64,000 nt of DNA from Eledone cirrhosa (GCA_964016885.1 OZ024744.1:54808001-54872000); one strand, 5' to 3'. Numbered from the stretch's first letter, positions 38,817 to 52,311 are shown. The notes: generated by a model from the letters alone, not told the origin. Made by a program: numbers and translations.

Positions 38817-39295
38817 ATATTGTATTGTTTATTATACATTATATATATATATATATACACATGCACACACATACATACAAAATACACATACGTACACAAA
38901 ATTACATATACACATACATACACACACATATGTGTATATATATATACAAAAAACACTACATGCATACGCGCACCCACAAATATACATACATATATACATG
39001 CAAACATATATACATCTACATATACATACGCACACGGACGGCCACATGCAGACACATGCACATATGCATATTTGCTTACACACACATGTTTCCACATATA
39101 CATATATAAACAAAACCGTAAATTAAAAATACATTATATAATAAAAAAAAACACAATATACCATAAAATAACGGTAAAATAACATAACATAAAATATCAA
39201 TATAGTATACAATATAATATACATAATATACATGCACACACATTCATACATACATATACGGATGTATACAATGGATATATGATAAAATAATAAAA

Positions 39296-39479
39296 ATAAT
39301 TGTTTCTACTTTAGGCACAAGGCCAGCAATTACTCAGTGTATTACTGGTACTTTATTTTATCGACCCCGTAAGGATGAAAGGCAAAGTCAACCTCGGCGG
39401 GATTTGAACTCAGATCGTAAAGGGACGTAACTATGCTGGAAAGCATGGCGTCCGACCCTCTACCGATACTGCCAATCCA
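39296..39479 (-). mobile_element. tRNA-derived SINE
   Basis: Reverse complement of the 34638-34826 family. Confidence 0.92.
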
Positions 39480-41183
39480 ATAAAAATAATAGTAATAAAA
39501 TGTATATATAATCCATATATAATCATCCGTACACATTCCTGTGAGATGTACATAAACATACACATGTATACACAAATACACATACACATAGATAGAGGCC
39601 CACATATGTATACACCCGCACCCACACATATATATATATACATACGCACCCATACACACACACATACTCATACGTAGCTATACGTACATACACACACATA
39701 TATATTTATATATATATATATACACACTCAGCCACATACGTACATACATGTATATGCATGCACACACACGCGCTCATAAGCTCATGCATATACGTACACA
39801 TGCACATATACACCCCCCAAACACACCCACATACAAATACCTACGCACAGGTCTACACATAAAAACACACAATAGGATAATAAAAAAATAAAATAAATAA
39901 ATTTACAATATTTTAGAATACATTAAAATCTGTATGTAACTTCACAAATGGATACATAAAAAAGGGGTAAATAAAAAACGGGGGGGGGTACAGGAGAAGG
40001 TGGGTGTATCCATGTGATATACTGCACACAGGGAGTATGAGGTGCAAACTTAGGTTCGTATATAGAACAAGTAATAGTAACAGAACAATAATCACAGTAA
40101 TAATCATTGTTCCAAAGTGGAACATGTGGAGGGTATATAGTCACGATTGACGGGGTACACATTCAAGGGGACGCCCGGCCCGGTCGCCATGGGGCATGGC
40201 ACCGTGTCTGGGGTGTGCTGTTCTATATGTTTGGCGTATCGGACCGGGCGACCGTGGGCCCCGTGTTAGCCGGTCCCGGCCTAGGCGATGTATCTGCCCA
40301 ATGTTGCGTGCTCGGTCAGGTGCGCCCCTGGTTTACATATGTTTGCCTCACGGGTCGCACAATGTCATCGGGGCATGGCGTTAGGTCCTCTAATCCCGTT
40401 GGGCCGTTCGGGTCTGTGCGTACCCGTTCCCATGCCCCCGGCCTGCGCCACCCGGAGGATTCCATGCTGCAAATGTGCATCTTCTCTGGTGTCTGCAGGT
40501 CATGATAATTTCAGACTTCAGGTTGACCGCGTCATCTTTCAGTCTGACTATCTCCATGGCCTCGTGTAGGCATAATCGGCACTTTCTACTTCCAGCCTAA
40601 TATGCCCTCGCATGGCGAACGATACTCCATTCCAGGGCGTACGGAGTGTCTTGGTCTTTCAGGTCCCACACCAGGTCTGCTAACCTAGGGGAGTGCCTTT
40701 TGCTACGGTCCCTGAAGGAATTCGTGTGATTATACATCCGCGGGCACAAGTAAATCCTGGCATTTTTCCATGATTTTGATGGTGGAGCTGAGACTTTTGA
40801 GATATTTGGTCCGCCGTGCACTATTCCTATGGAACTTGATGTTACGAACTATGTTGATTATGTGTCTACGCATGTATGCGTACATATGTGTATGCACGCA
40901 GGTGTCTGTGTCTGCCTGTGTGTGTATATGTGTGTGTATATGTATGTGTGGGTACATACTCTGGAGTGTGAACAGACGTGTGAGATACCGAATCCAGCAT
41001 GACTCCATTGAAGTGTGTCGGGCGGAAAATGGTTGATGACCTGTGTAGCAGTAAATAGTGACCAGAACTTAAGATGACGTGGAGTAACAACAGCCAATGG
41101 CATGACAAGAGTGGAAGAGGCTTTTTGAAGGTGTGTTTTTTTTATAACACCCTAGTGATAAAATTTGCTCCGAACGAAGTACC

Positions 41184-41274
41184 CGTGTCTGAAGGAACCT
41201 GCAGCCGTAGAATCAGCCTGATCCATACAGGGACCATGTCTCGAGCTACCTATCGGCGAAACAATTGTAACACG
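41184..41274 (+). ncRNA. Variant hammerhead ribozyme (core insertion), pLTR copy 2
   Basis: Stem I cgtgt/acacg, CUGA-AGGAACCU-GCA, stem II GCCG/CGGC, GAAA at 41258-61, palindromic CAAUUG, UA at 41268-69. Confidence 0.65.
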
Positions 41275-41401
41275 CAATAAATTGAGTCCAGATGCATCAC
41301 TGATTTTTCGTTTTTTTATACTATACACACTATACTCTGTTGAATATTGAGTGCTAATTCCGGCATACCGCCTATGGAAGCACCATAGCTACCATTATAC
41401 A

Positions 41402-41508
<107 letters not shown>

Positions 41509-41837
41509 ATATATATTTAATACAATAACAGAGATAGCTTAAAGCTAAACTCTGACTGGTAACCATCTCACACAACAAACATTAGGTTTTATGTTAGTAT
41601 AAACTCAATTTAAGTGTTTGGGGTGCTAACTATATGTATTAGTAATATATATATATATATAGTAATAATAATAAATTTGAAGACTAAAATCCAAAGAGGG
41701 CTCGATAAGGATGAATATATATCAAATATATAAGAACCGTAGAGCAAATATTTATTAATATTTATTATTGAGTTTCAGAAGATCCCGTTAAGGGTGAAAG
41801 CAGCGATTCTTTGCTTAAACTTTATTCTGTTATTTTA

Positions 41838-41917
<80 letters not shown>

Positions 41918-42084
41918 CCTTGAGCAAGACACTTTATTTCTCGTTGCTCCTTCTACCTGGATTTGCCACCGATAGATAGTACTAGCAACTGAAAGACCAA
42001 CGGAAACATTGTTTCCTCAGTTCGATTTGACGAAAGTCGATCGATCCTTTATATATATATATATTTATTTATATTTATATTTTT

Positions 42085-42261
42085 AACTGTTGGTCAATCA
42101 ATGATAAACATTGATTGTCAACTAAATTAACTATAGGGATATAAAATATACGGAAGCGAAAACCAACCCAAAACAAACAGTCAGTGTGTTTTATTATTAT
42201 TGCTGGCAATATTATAATAATATGACCCTCCCCAAATATAACAATATTTGTTTCAACACAC

Positions 42262-42262
<1 letters not shown>
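42085..42262 (+). mobile_element. PLE 3' tail fragment
   Basis: gaagcgaaaaccaacc..aaacagt..gtgtgtt..tatgaccctccccaa.tataacaatatttgtttc matches 11770-11863 and the reverse complement of 7961-8070. A short relative lies at 3802-3830. Confidence 0.8.
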
Positions 42263-42295
<33 letters not shown>

Positions 42296-42296
42296 C

Positions 42297-42970
42297 AGAG
42301 CCCAAGTGGTCGATATACGAAATGAGATATCCCGGATACGCAACAGATGAAGCGACGGCAGCGATAGACATACCAGCACGGTGGAATTCGAAATAGTTCT
42401 CAATGAAAACGGTGACCCTACTTCTCTCACCAAACACCAAAATGTCAAGACAGCAGCACTTAAAAGGACAAGGAGGATACATGCCGCTAAGAAAAGCATA
42501 TGCTACCTAAAGCTGCCACATTTCAATGAGAAGACGATGGCTGCTATCAGACAAGCCATCTATTGGAATGGACTGAATATACGGCTGGTACATTCTGGAC
42601 CCTCTATGAGGAGACTACCCCACAGACAACAATATATGCACACTTCCTCATTGTCCCATCAACAACGCAGAAGTATGCATGAGAGCTTATATGGTCTATA
42701 AGATCACGTGAAAAAAATTTAGGTCCTCAGTCATCAGAAGTATCATAAGGAGACTACAGATATGGATCAAGGAACACGTGACAATGAGAGCTTCTTCTAT
42801 TAAAAAAACATCTTGACAGATACCGCAGCTAAGACATTGAGGTCACCATAGAAGCGACTGAAAGGAAATATGCATTTTAAGGATTAAAGAGGCTATTTTA
42901 ATCAGCCGAATAAAACCACGAATAGATAATAGATCAGAAATACACGAAGCAGAATGGTTACTGTAGTGGA
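42297..42970 (+). mobile_element. Degenerate PLE C-terminal (GIY-YIG) remnant
   Basis: YLKLPHFNEKTMAAIRQAI..NIRLVHSGPS, C..AYMVYKIT, ..IKEHV and RIKEAILISRIKPRIDNRSE across frameshifts. Confidence 0.7.
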
Positions 42971-43205
42971 CTGCGCATGCGCATGCGTTTTGCAAACACA
43001 TCGGCCAGTTATGAAGAAAACTCCGATCGCTCATTTTGTTTTGTTGTGGACTGTTTCAGCTTCGCATGTGAAAAGAGGGTAACAGCCCTTAAATATCATG
43101 TTAAAATACACAGAGTAAAAACATTACTTTCTTTTGTTTTGTTTCACTTGCCCTTCATATTTTTCGACCGCATTGTACCGGCTTTATAAAAAATTACCAG
43201 TCTTT

Positions 43206-43306
<101 letters not shown>

Positions 43307-43734
43307 AATAAATATATATATATGTGTGTGTGTCTGTCTGCCTGTCTGTTTGTCTATCAATACTACTCAAACGGAGTGTAATGTGTTCAGAATTTTGCTT
43401 CACAAAAGATCCGCCTCCTTGCGACTGTTTCAACTTTATTAGAAATTATATTAAGATGCTGTAAACGTTGATGATTTTTTTTATGCATGAAATGGCACCG
43501 TATAGGCCTTGTAAAGACTTAGTGGCAATGTAAGTATAATACTTATTCTGTCTTTACGTTGTTTTTAACCTAATTAGATTGCCCTCTGCAAACAAAATAT
43601 TAGATATGTGGTTTCTTATGATATTAGCAGTGTGCAAAGCTCTCAGGTCTTGGATTTTTAGCTATAATTCTCTCATAGAGCTGTCATAGAGTCATATGAT
43701 CGCGTTATATATTATATATTGATTTATTATGATA

Positions 43735-43786
<52 letters not shown>

Positions 43787-43934
43787 ATTATGTAATAAAC
43801 AACACAATACAATTATTCCATTTACCCAAGGTTTCACGAAGTGCTCTGTAATATACATAGAGCACTCTTCTTTACTTTACCTTTTCTACGGAAATACTTT
43901 ATATATATATGTGTGTGTGTGTGTGTACATTTAA

Positions 43935-44206
43935 TTACTGACGATCGTTTCTTCCAGACAACTGTCTGGAATCATCGGAGCATACACAATGTTTAAACAA
44001 GTAATTACAATCCTAGTCCTCAGAACATTCATTAAGATACATTACTATTGACAGTGTCAGTGACATAAAAAAATACGTAATGAAAAGATGAATAAATGTT
44101 ACGTAATGTGAATAATATAAGTAAAATAAGATAAGTTAGTAGCATTCAAACATTGTGTATGCTCCGATGATTCCAGACAGTTGTCTGAAAGAAACGATCG
44201 TCAGCT
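43935..44206. mobile_element. Fold-back mini-element with two inverted HHR copies (CCGAUGA core)
   Basis: 43938-43993 is the inverted copy of 44148-44204. Each reads CCGAUGA-uuccagac-aguu-gucug(g/a)aa-GAAA-CGAUCG-UC. Confidence 0.75.
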
Positions 44207-44683
44207 GTTAGATGTATTAAACAAAAAATTTGATTGATTTATATTTTTATCTCTGCTCTGTAATACATCTGATATATTACATTGAGCTTTTTCTCTTACT
44301 GGTAATTGGGTAGTGCTTAATACTACCCTTTCATATTTATAATTATATATAACTCATATATAAGTAGAAATAATATTATTAGTATATATATATATATCAT
44401 AAAACGTGTCTATAGAATCAATCAGATATTAAAATATATACTATTTCTTCCTCTAATCAGCATAATTAACCATATACATAATCAAATCCAGCAAGCTTTA
44501 AGAGTAAATTTTCTAACGGGGAAATCTCCGACAAACAATTGATCGCAGCCAGTTCGCGTTAACTCCGTTCCATTATTTATCAAACACTTCGGCAGCATGC
44601 AGAATCCGATCAAACATATCGTCAACCGCACGTAATTAGTAGTAAAATTAAACTTAGAAGAAATGCGCACATACCGTAATTAT

Positions 44684-44760
44684 ATCTCGACCATGGTTTC
44701 TTCCTTGTTTAGGACATCCAAATAATATGGACTGTCCCGAGTCAGGTTATCATCAGGAGG
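44684..44760 (-). ncRNA. Hammerhead ribozyme, unit 1
   Basis: cuc-CUGAUGA...GAAA-CCAUGG-UC-gagau. Predicted cut between 44689 and 44688. Confidence 0.72.
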
Positions 44761-45372
44761 CAAACTCAGAAATAGACATTTAATTTCTCGGACAGACCCC
44801 GCCAAATTTAGATTTTAAAATGGCTAAGATCGCTATGTAGCTGTGTACCAGCCAGAGAGAAAGCGTGTGATTGGTCGCTTACGGCGGGTAGGCATGCTGC
44901 TAGAAAGCGCAGCCATATATCGCCAAATTTAATCTCAACCGATAGGGAGATTATTAAATATAGAGGTTATCACATACATAAAATTAAATTAAATTAAATC
45001 AATGATACATATATGTGTTGCAACTGTTCACTTTTAAGCTCAATGAAGAATTAATAAGTTAAAATCAAAAAATCAGGGCATTATATCATAAAACGTGTCT
45101 ATAGAATCAATCAGATATTAAAATATATACTATTTCTTCCTCTAATCAGCATAATTAACCAAATACATAATCAAATCCAGCAAGCTTTAAGAGTAAATTT
45201 TCTAACGGGGAAATCTCCGACAAACAATTGATCGCAGTCAGTTCGCGTTAACTCCGTTCCATTATTTATCAAACACTTCGGCAGCATGCAGAATCCGATC
45301 AAACATATCGTCAACCGCACGTAATTAGTAGTAAAATTAAACTTAGAAGAAATGCGCACATACCGTAATTAT

Positions 45373-45450
45373 ATCTCGACCATGGTTTCTTCCTTGTTTA
45401 GGACATCCAAATAATATGGACTGTCCCGAGTCAGGTTATCATCAGGAGAC
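45373..45450 (-). ncRNA. Hammerhead ribozyme, unit 2
   Basis: Stem I gucuc/gagau, CUGAUGA (45445-45439), long imperfect stem II (gucca/uggau, ggac/gucc), GAAA, palindromic CCAUGG, UC. Confidence 0.78.
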
Positions 45451-45572
45451 AAACTCAGAAATAGACATTTAATTTCTCGGACAGACCCCGCCAAATTTAG
45501 ATTCAAAAATGGCTAAGATCGCTATGTAGCTGTGTACCAGCCAGAGAGAAAGCGTGTGATTGGTCGCTTACG

Positions 45573-45613
<41 letters not shown>

Positions 45614-45617
<4 letters not shown>

Positions 45618-45770
45618 ATCATCATCATCATCATCATCATCAGGTACCAGGTCTGTTCCAGATATTGGCAATCATGGCTTTCCAGTCCCTCCTGTTGTCA
45701 GTCTTCCAGACGAGGTTGCTCTTTCTCATCCTATTTTCATTGATGCATTCGTTCAGGCTATCTGTACATG
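45614..45770 (-). mobile_element. RTE-like LINE extreme 3' end with (TGA)n tail
   Basis: Minus strand reads TDSLNECINENRMRKSNLVWKTDNRRDWKAMIANIWNRPGT* followed by (tga)n. Confidence 0.65.
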
Positions 45771-45871
45771 ATGTAATTCGTTAATACATTCGTTATTTTA
45801 GTTTTAAAAAATCGATGTGAAAAGAATACGTATCAGAGAGATAAAGGGAGAGAATGAGAGGGAGAGTGGGG

Positions 45872-46025
<154 letters not shown>

Positions 46026-46168
46026 AGATACAGTCAAGCAGACAGACAGATAGACAGATAGACAGAAAGAGCGAGGGAGAGAATTACACACAGGGTTCAA
46101 ACGTAAATTCGAGCGGCAAACAAATTTTGTTTAGCTCCAGGTTAGCCGTGATGCAGCAGACCTATATA

Positions 46169-46342
46169 CAGGTAAAATTATGTTATAATGAATACCATTA
46201 TAACGAATTTTTCAGTATAACGAAATTTTTTTCAATTCCCAGCCGCACGCTCGACGTGTTAGGACGATCTCGTTATAAAGAATTTTTCATTACAACGAAT
46301 TTTTTTATATCCCGTGAATTTCGTTATAACGAAATTTCACTG
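46169..46342. mobile_element. Tigger/pogo-like MITE; partial second copy at 48426-48542
   Basis: TA|CAG...CTG|TA ends, TIR-like cag(g)taaaattatgttataatgaa vs cagtgaaatttcgttataacgaa, and internal ataacgaa repeats. Confidence 0.75.
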
Positions 46343-46349
46343 TATAATG

Positions 46350-46703
46350 ATGATTTCTACTATAGAGACAAGGCCAGCAATTTTGGCGAGGGAGAAAGTC
46401 GATTAAATCGACCCCGTAAAGATGAAAGTCAAAGTTAACCTCTGCGAGATTTGAACTCAAAGCGTAAAGAACTATAACTCTGTGCTGCGAAGCAGGGTGT
46501 CCGACCCTCTACCGATACTGCCAATCCACCCGGTAGAGGGTCGGACACCATTCTTTGAAGCATAGAGTTACCTCCCTTTATGATCTGAGTTCAAATCCCG
46601 CCGAGGTTAACTTTGCCTTTCATCCTTACAGGGTCGATAAAATAAAGTACCAGTAATACACTGGGATAATTGCTGGCCTTGTGCCAAAAGTAGAAACAAT
46701 TAT
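46350..46703. mobile_element. Head-to-head pair of tRNA-derived SINEs
   Basis: 46350-46530 (-) directly abuts 46531-46703 (+). Confidence 0.9.
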
Positions 46704-46937
46704 AATATCTGTCTGTATGTCTGGCTGTCTGCATTACGACATTATGACGCTATATGCGTTTGTGCGTGTATATGTATATATATAGTGTGTATATATATAT
46801 ATATATATATATAGTGTGTGTGTAACGTTTTTCGAAATATTTACTTCTGCGTTCACAGATTGATTTTTTTAGTTTCAGAAGATCCAGTTAAGGGTGAAAG
46901 CACCGATTCTTTGCTTAAACTTTAATCTGTTATTTTA

Positions 46938-47633
<696 letters not shown>

Positions 47634-47794
47634 ATATATATATATATGAATTTGTATCCTGATTCTCTTTTGAGATGAGTTTGAATTATTTTTCCTAAAT
47701 CTTACGTTAACTACTTTTCCCATCTTGACGTTATAGTCGCATATATGTTATAGAATGCTGTTAGCTTCTCGCTAAAACAATCTCTATACCGCTC

Positions 47795-47851
<57 letters not shown>

Positions 47852-48686
47852 TAAAGTTAGTCCTTCATCAGTGATCTTCCAACCATCATTGGTATTTCAT
47901 CGCTTTAAAGACCATAAACCTCTGGTTGGTGCGAGCAACGGCTAAAAAAAATCGTTGGGACACGTAAATAAAGGGGACACGAGTGTAAAAAACAAAATGG
48001 TGAAGCAATTTATATATTTGTGTACAGATATTTTTGCATACACAATAACGCAATATAAACAAAAGTATTTATTTCGCGATAAAGTATTGATTTTCTTCGC
48101 ACGGAAAAAACCCTGGTAATCTACGACGAATTTTTTTTATAAGCACAAAATGTAGACACCACCCCGAGGCCGAGGTATTCCGTACTTCTTTGTACTGTTT
48201 CAGAAAGGAGGGCTAAACATGCCAATCTATGTTTAGAATGCCGAGCAACGCCGGGCCATTCTGCCAATATATAATTAAAAAAAACGTTTTGTTGTTTTTT
48301 TTAATTGTAGATTTAGGCAAACTAAAGGAAGATATAACTTCTTATTTTTTAATTAGAAACCTTTGCTGTGAATAGAATGAACTGTGAAGTGTAAACACTT
48401 TCAACTATTTCACTGTACAGCTCAAACTTTTTCCATCCCCAGCCACACGCTCGATGTGTTAGGTCAATCTCATTATAAAGAAGTTTTCGTTACAACGAAT
48501 TTTTTTATAACCCCTGAATTTCGTTATAACGGAATTTTTCTGTATATATATATAGTGTGTGTGGGTAGTACGGTGAAATACTGGTGTTGGTACCAAATCA
48601 AGCACTCTATATACAGACAGAGTGTATATAATAGAAAAAAACGAGTAAGTTTCGTTTACATATGAAAAATATTTATTGCGTATCGA

Positions 48687-48776
48687 CCTGTTACGCGCGT
48701 TTCGCAGAGGATTGGCTCAAAGGGACCCATATGAGTTATGGACCCGATTCCAGTATCGATCAGCTCGTCAGACTGG
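48687..48776 (-). ncRNA. Hammerhead ribozyme upstream of PLE remnant
   Basis: ccagu-CUGACGA-gc...gc-GAAA-CGCGCG-UA-acagg on the minus strand. Confidence 0.72.
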
Positions 48777-48879
48777 AAACTCAGAAGATACCGTAAAAGG
48801 GTGAAAGCAGCGATTCTTTGCTTAAACTTTAATCTGTACATATATTATACATAATGTAATCACACGGTGTAGTATCTAT

Positions 48880-50015
48880 AGTAAGAATAGATTTAAAGAC
48901 GCTAATATAAAAAAGCTGTACTCCTGGTAATGGCCTGCTACGTACTATCAATAAATTCAGAATTAGCTCTAATAGAAAACTTAACCAGATGCCTACCTTT
49001 AATACTAAGAATTCATCCACCACAAACCTTAAAAATAAACCCTTCTAATAATCCTAGTACCATGCGCCGTAAGAGATCTCGTAATGTATCCTGGTTAAAT
49101 CCTCCTTTCTCACTTAATGTTGCTTCTAACCTCCCTTGAATGTTCTTCTCCATCCTGCTTAATAATTTCCCTCCTCACCACAAATATTATAAACTTTTTA
49201 ACAAAAATAACGTTAAGATTTCTTTCTCTACTACCCCTAACTTGGCCGATTATATTGCCTTTAGTAACCATAAGAAATGAAATAAGCATAGGGCATCCCT
49301 TTCTGATGATATACCTCTACCTATCAACCATCTATATACAAATAATTCTAACTATAACTCTAATCCTGTTAACCATCTTATCTCCTCACCTGTATCTTTT
49401 AGTTCTGCACTTACGCCTTCACTACTGTTAACTGTAAATGTAACTGGAGAAAACCTAATAACTGCCCTCTGAATGGGAATTGCGTTATTAATAATTGTTT
49501 CTACTTTTGGCACAAGGCCAGCAATTACCCCAGTATATTACTGGTACTTTATTTTATCGACCCCGTAAGGATGAAAGGCAAAGTTAACCTCGGCGGGATT
49601 TGAACTCAGACCATATCCTGCCGAGGTTAACTTTGCCTTTCAGTGTATAGATGCACTGTTAAGACCCCTAATGAGACTTAAACTTACATTGGAACTACTG
49701 CAAACCTTTTCAAAACTGGTTTTAATTCTCATACAAATTCATTTAGGAATAGTAGCTTCAAATCCTCAACTTCAGTAGCTAGACATGTAAATACAATTAA
49801 ACTCTCCAATATTGAATACTCTCTAGTTTGGGATATTTTAGCCAAATTCTCCCCATACAAAGGAATTAAGGATCATTGCAACCTATGTTTATCTGAACCT
49901 TATTTCATAACTTTATCTAAACTCTGCCCAATTAATGACCGCAATGAGATTGTGATTAACTGCCATCACCGTTTGGCATAATTATTCGCTAAGAGGGTTT
50001 TAGATCCCACTTAGG
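48880..50015 (+). mobile_element. Degenerate PLE C-terminal half (GIY-YIG) with nested SINE
   Basis: RRKRSRNVSWLNPPFSLNVASN, FPPHHKYYKLFNKNNVKISFSTTPN, CPLNGNC, YIGTTANLFK..FNSH, WDIL..CNLCLSE and NDRNEIVINCHHR. Confidence 0.85.
49490..49642 (-). mobile_element. Truncated SINE with short inverted segment
   Basis: 49490-49612 is minus-strand SINE, followed by plus-strand atcctgccgaggttaactttgcctttca (49616-49642). Confidence 0.85.
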
Positions 50016-51306
50016 TTCCATTAGTTTAATTTATTATCTCTCACCACAATATTTTAATATGTGTCCTCGACCCACGTATCTTACCCCCACATTTTAACAG
50101 GTTATTTGTTCCTCCTTTATCTAATCTAAACCGTACTTATTTCAGATTTTACCTTATCCTCTCCCACCTTATATTAATACAATTTCCTTTTAGTTCCACT
50201 TTTATGTATCTACTTTAATGTGGAACCTAGACCCTTTATCTTACAACCCTATCTGTAGTTAATGACTCTTATTTTTTTCATTTTTAATATAACCTTATAT
50301 TATACATTAGTATTTGCACATATATTTTAACCTATATATACCATATTTAATTTAATTTTCTTTAATTATTTTCAATTGTTTTTAGTACAGTCCAAGTAAT
50401 TCCCATCAATATTATTTATTCCTTTTTAGAGTGAATTCTTACTGATTTGACCTTCATACCGCATCCAGTAATAACCAAATATATTTCTTATACCTCATCA
50501 TTTGAATCATTTATTTCTAATGTATATTTAGGTTTTTTCTCCTTCTTATTATCAATGTTTTAAAGTTATATGTAGTTAACATTTAGCTATGCATTACTAC
50601 TAATTTATCTCCCTTGATTACTAAGTATCCCCCTTCTTCAATCGCACGTCCGGTCTTATTTGAATTCTTCCATCAGCCCATGATGGAAGAATTCAAATAA
50701 AATCATGATACTGGCCATCCTAACGAACTTTTGCCATATATATACTATTAACATGTGAACACATTCAAACCAAGTATTGCCTTTATTGTAGGATTATTTT
50801 CTTCGGTGATATGTATTTATTTTTGAATTAATATGTTAAATTTTAATTTTGGGTCCTGAATCATGCATTTATTTTCACTGTACGATTATCGATTTCTGGA
50901 TCGGTAATTATATCCTCCATGTACAAATTAATTATTCGGTTTCCGAAACAAGTTGTCAGTTAGTAAATATATGTATTCAAAAAATTATTGTTGCTTTCTC
51001 TGACATTTAATTCATGCTTTTTAGCTGTGCTTTTAATAATTTTACTTGACATATTTTCTTCGAGTTCGCTTGTCTTGCAAACTATACGCATCGAGCACAC
51101 TGACCCTCTCTCTACTGGATAGTAATCTTCTTAACTAATCACTTATCTTTCTTCTTTGATTGGTTTGGTTGCTTAATATTTGATATATATTACCAACACA
51201 AGAGCAAGAATGACGAAGTCATTCTACTGACATGGCTTAAAGAGGCTGTTTGCATAATTGCAAACGAATCGAATAATATTATTAATATTCGAAAAACTCG
51301 GATTAC

Positions 51307-51345
<39 letters not shown>

Positions 51346-51420
51346 AAAAACATTGATGCAATTCAATTCAAGAACTCAATGTGTATTTTCCACACAGGAG
51401 TGACGGATATTTTTTAGAAT

Positions 51421-51716
51421 AAGGAAATACAAAGTTTAGAAGATAAAGACCTTTATTGATAAGGCCGTTATACATATTTCGAGGACGACATTATCTACAC
51501 AATTCAGCGTAGAAGCCAGGGGAACATCGCTGTTTGTCCGTTCCCTTGTCACTCCAATTTTGGATTACCTCCTTGATTGTAACTTTATTATGTAAGATGC
51601 TGTCTGATGCATGGCAGTAGCTTCTACGCTGAATTGTGTAGACAATGTCGTCCTGGAAATATGTATAACAGCATTATCAATAAAGGTCTTTATCTTCTAA
51701 ACTTTGTATTTCCTTC
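51421..51716 (+). mobile_element. Fold-back mini-element: ~96-bp inverted repeats with HHR
   Basis: 51421-51516 is the inverted copy of 51620-51716. HHR atgctgt-CUGAUG(C)...GAAA-UAUGUA-UA-acagcat at 51597-51674. Confidence 0.75.
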
Positions 51717-51985
51717 GTTTATATATGTATGTGTATGTGTGTGTGTGTATTTATATATATATATATATATATATCCGTGCCAATCAATGTGTGTCGTGAA
51801 TATGTGAGCCAAATAATGTTTTCACAATAATGAGTAAGTTAATGGAATTACAAAGCGGCGGAGACAGGAGACATAAAGTCAAAACGAAGAAATTTTTTTT
51901 TGTCTGACCTATATTATCGAGAAAAAAACTATAAAATAAGAATTCCATTCTATTTATAATTCTTGACTCGAAGTTCTATATTCAC

Positions 51986-52024
<39 letters not shown>

Positions 52025-52311
52025 AGCGGGTGTCTTTTCTTTCACAAACATGCCTTGTTTATACATCTTACCATTTTCCTTCATTCCTTCTTCCCATCAT
52101 CATCATCATCATCATTTTTTCTTTCTCTTTCTTCTTCGCCTTCTTCTTCTTTGATATATCTTATTTGTTCTCCTCTTGGGTGACATTCCAAAAGTGTCCC
52201 ACATTACAAGAATCTGACGGTTCCCTTCAAACAGATTTGGTCAAAGAAAGGGGATGTAAACTGAGTTAGACAGTGGGAGGGAGTTGATTTTTTTTTTTTT
52301 TTTCTTCATTT

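Larger units (their letters stand above)
37370..41325 (-). mobile_element. PLE remnant (GIY-YIG C-terminus) bounded by ~460-bp inverted pLTRs
   Basis: 37370-37833 is the reverse complement of 40860-41325. Minus strand 40470-40740 reads HTNSFRDRSKRHSPRLADLVWDLK..LEWSIV..CRLCLHEAMEI..NLKSEIMTCRH. The long low-complexity tail carries nested insertions. Confidence 0.87.
44393..45575 (-). mobile_element. 689-bp tandem non-coding repeat (1.7 units) with one HHR per unit; retrozyme-like
   Basis: 44393-44886 matches 45082-45575 (offset 689, few mismatches). HHRs at 44684-44760 and 45373-45450 (-). Confidence 0.85.

Noticed and set aside
41985-42045. Possible HHR (CUGAAAGA...GAAA-GUCGAU) and half-HHR at 47860-47878
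   Set aside because: The core or stems are broken or truncated, so they were not counted as features.
44482-44670. Duplicated 62-aa ORF (also 45171-45359) as a retrozyme-encoded peptide
   Set aside because: It has a non-ATG start, is short and has no recognisable motif. The duplication simply follows the tandem repeat.
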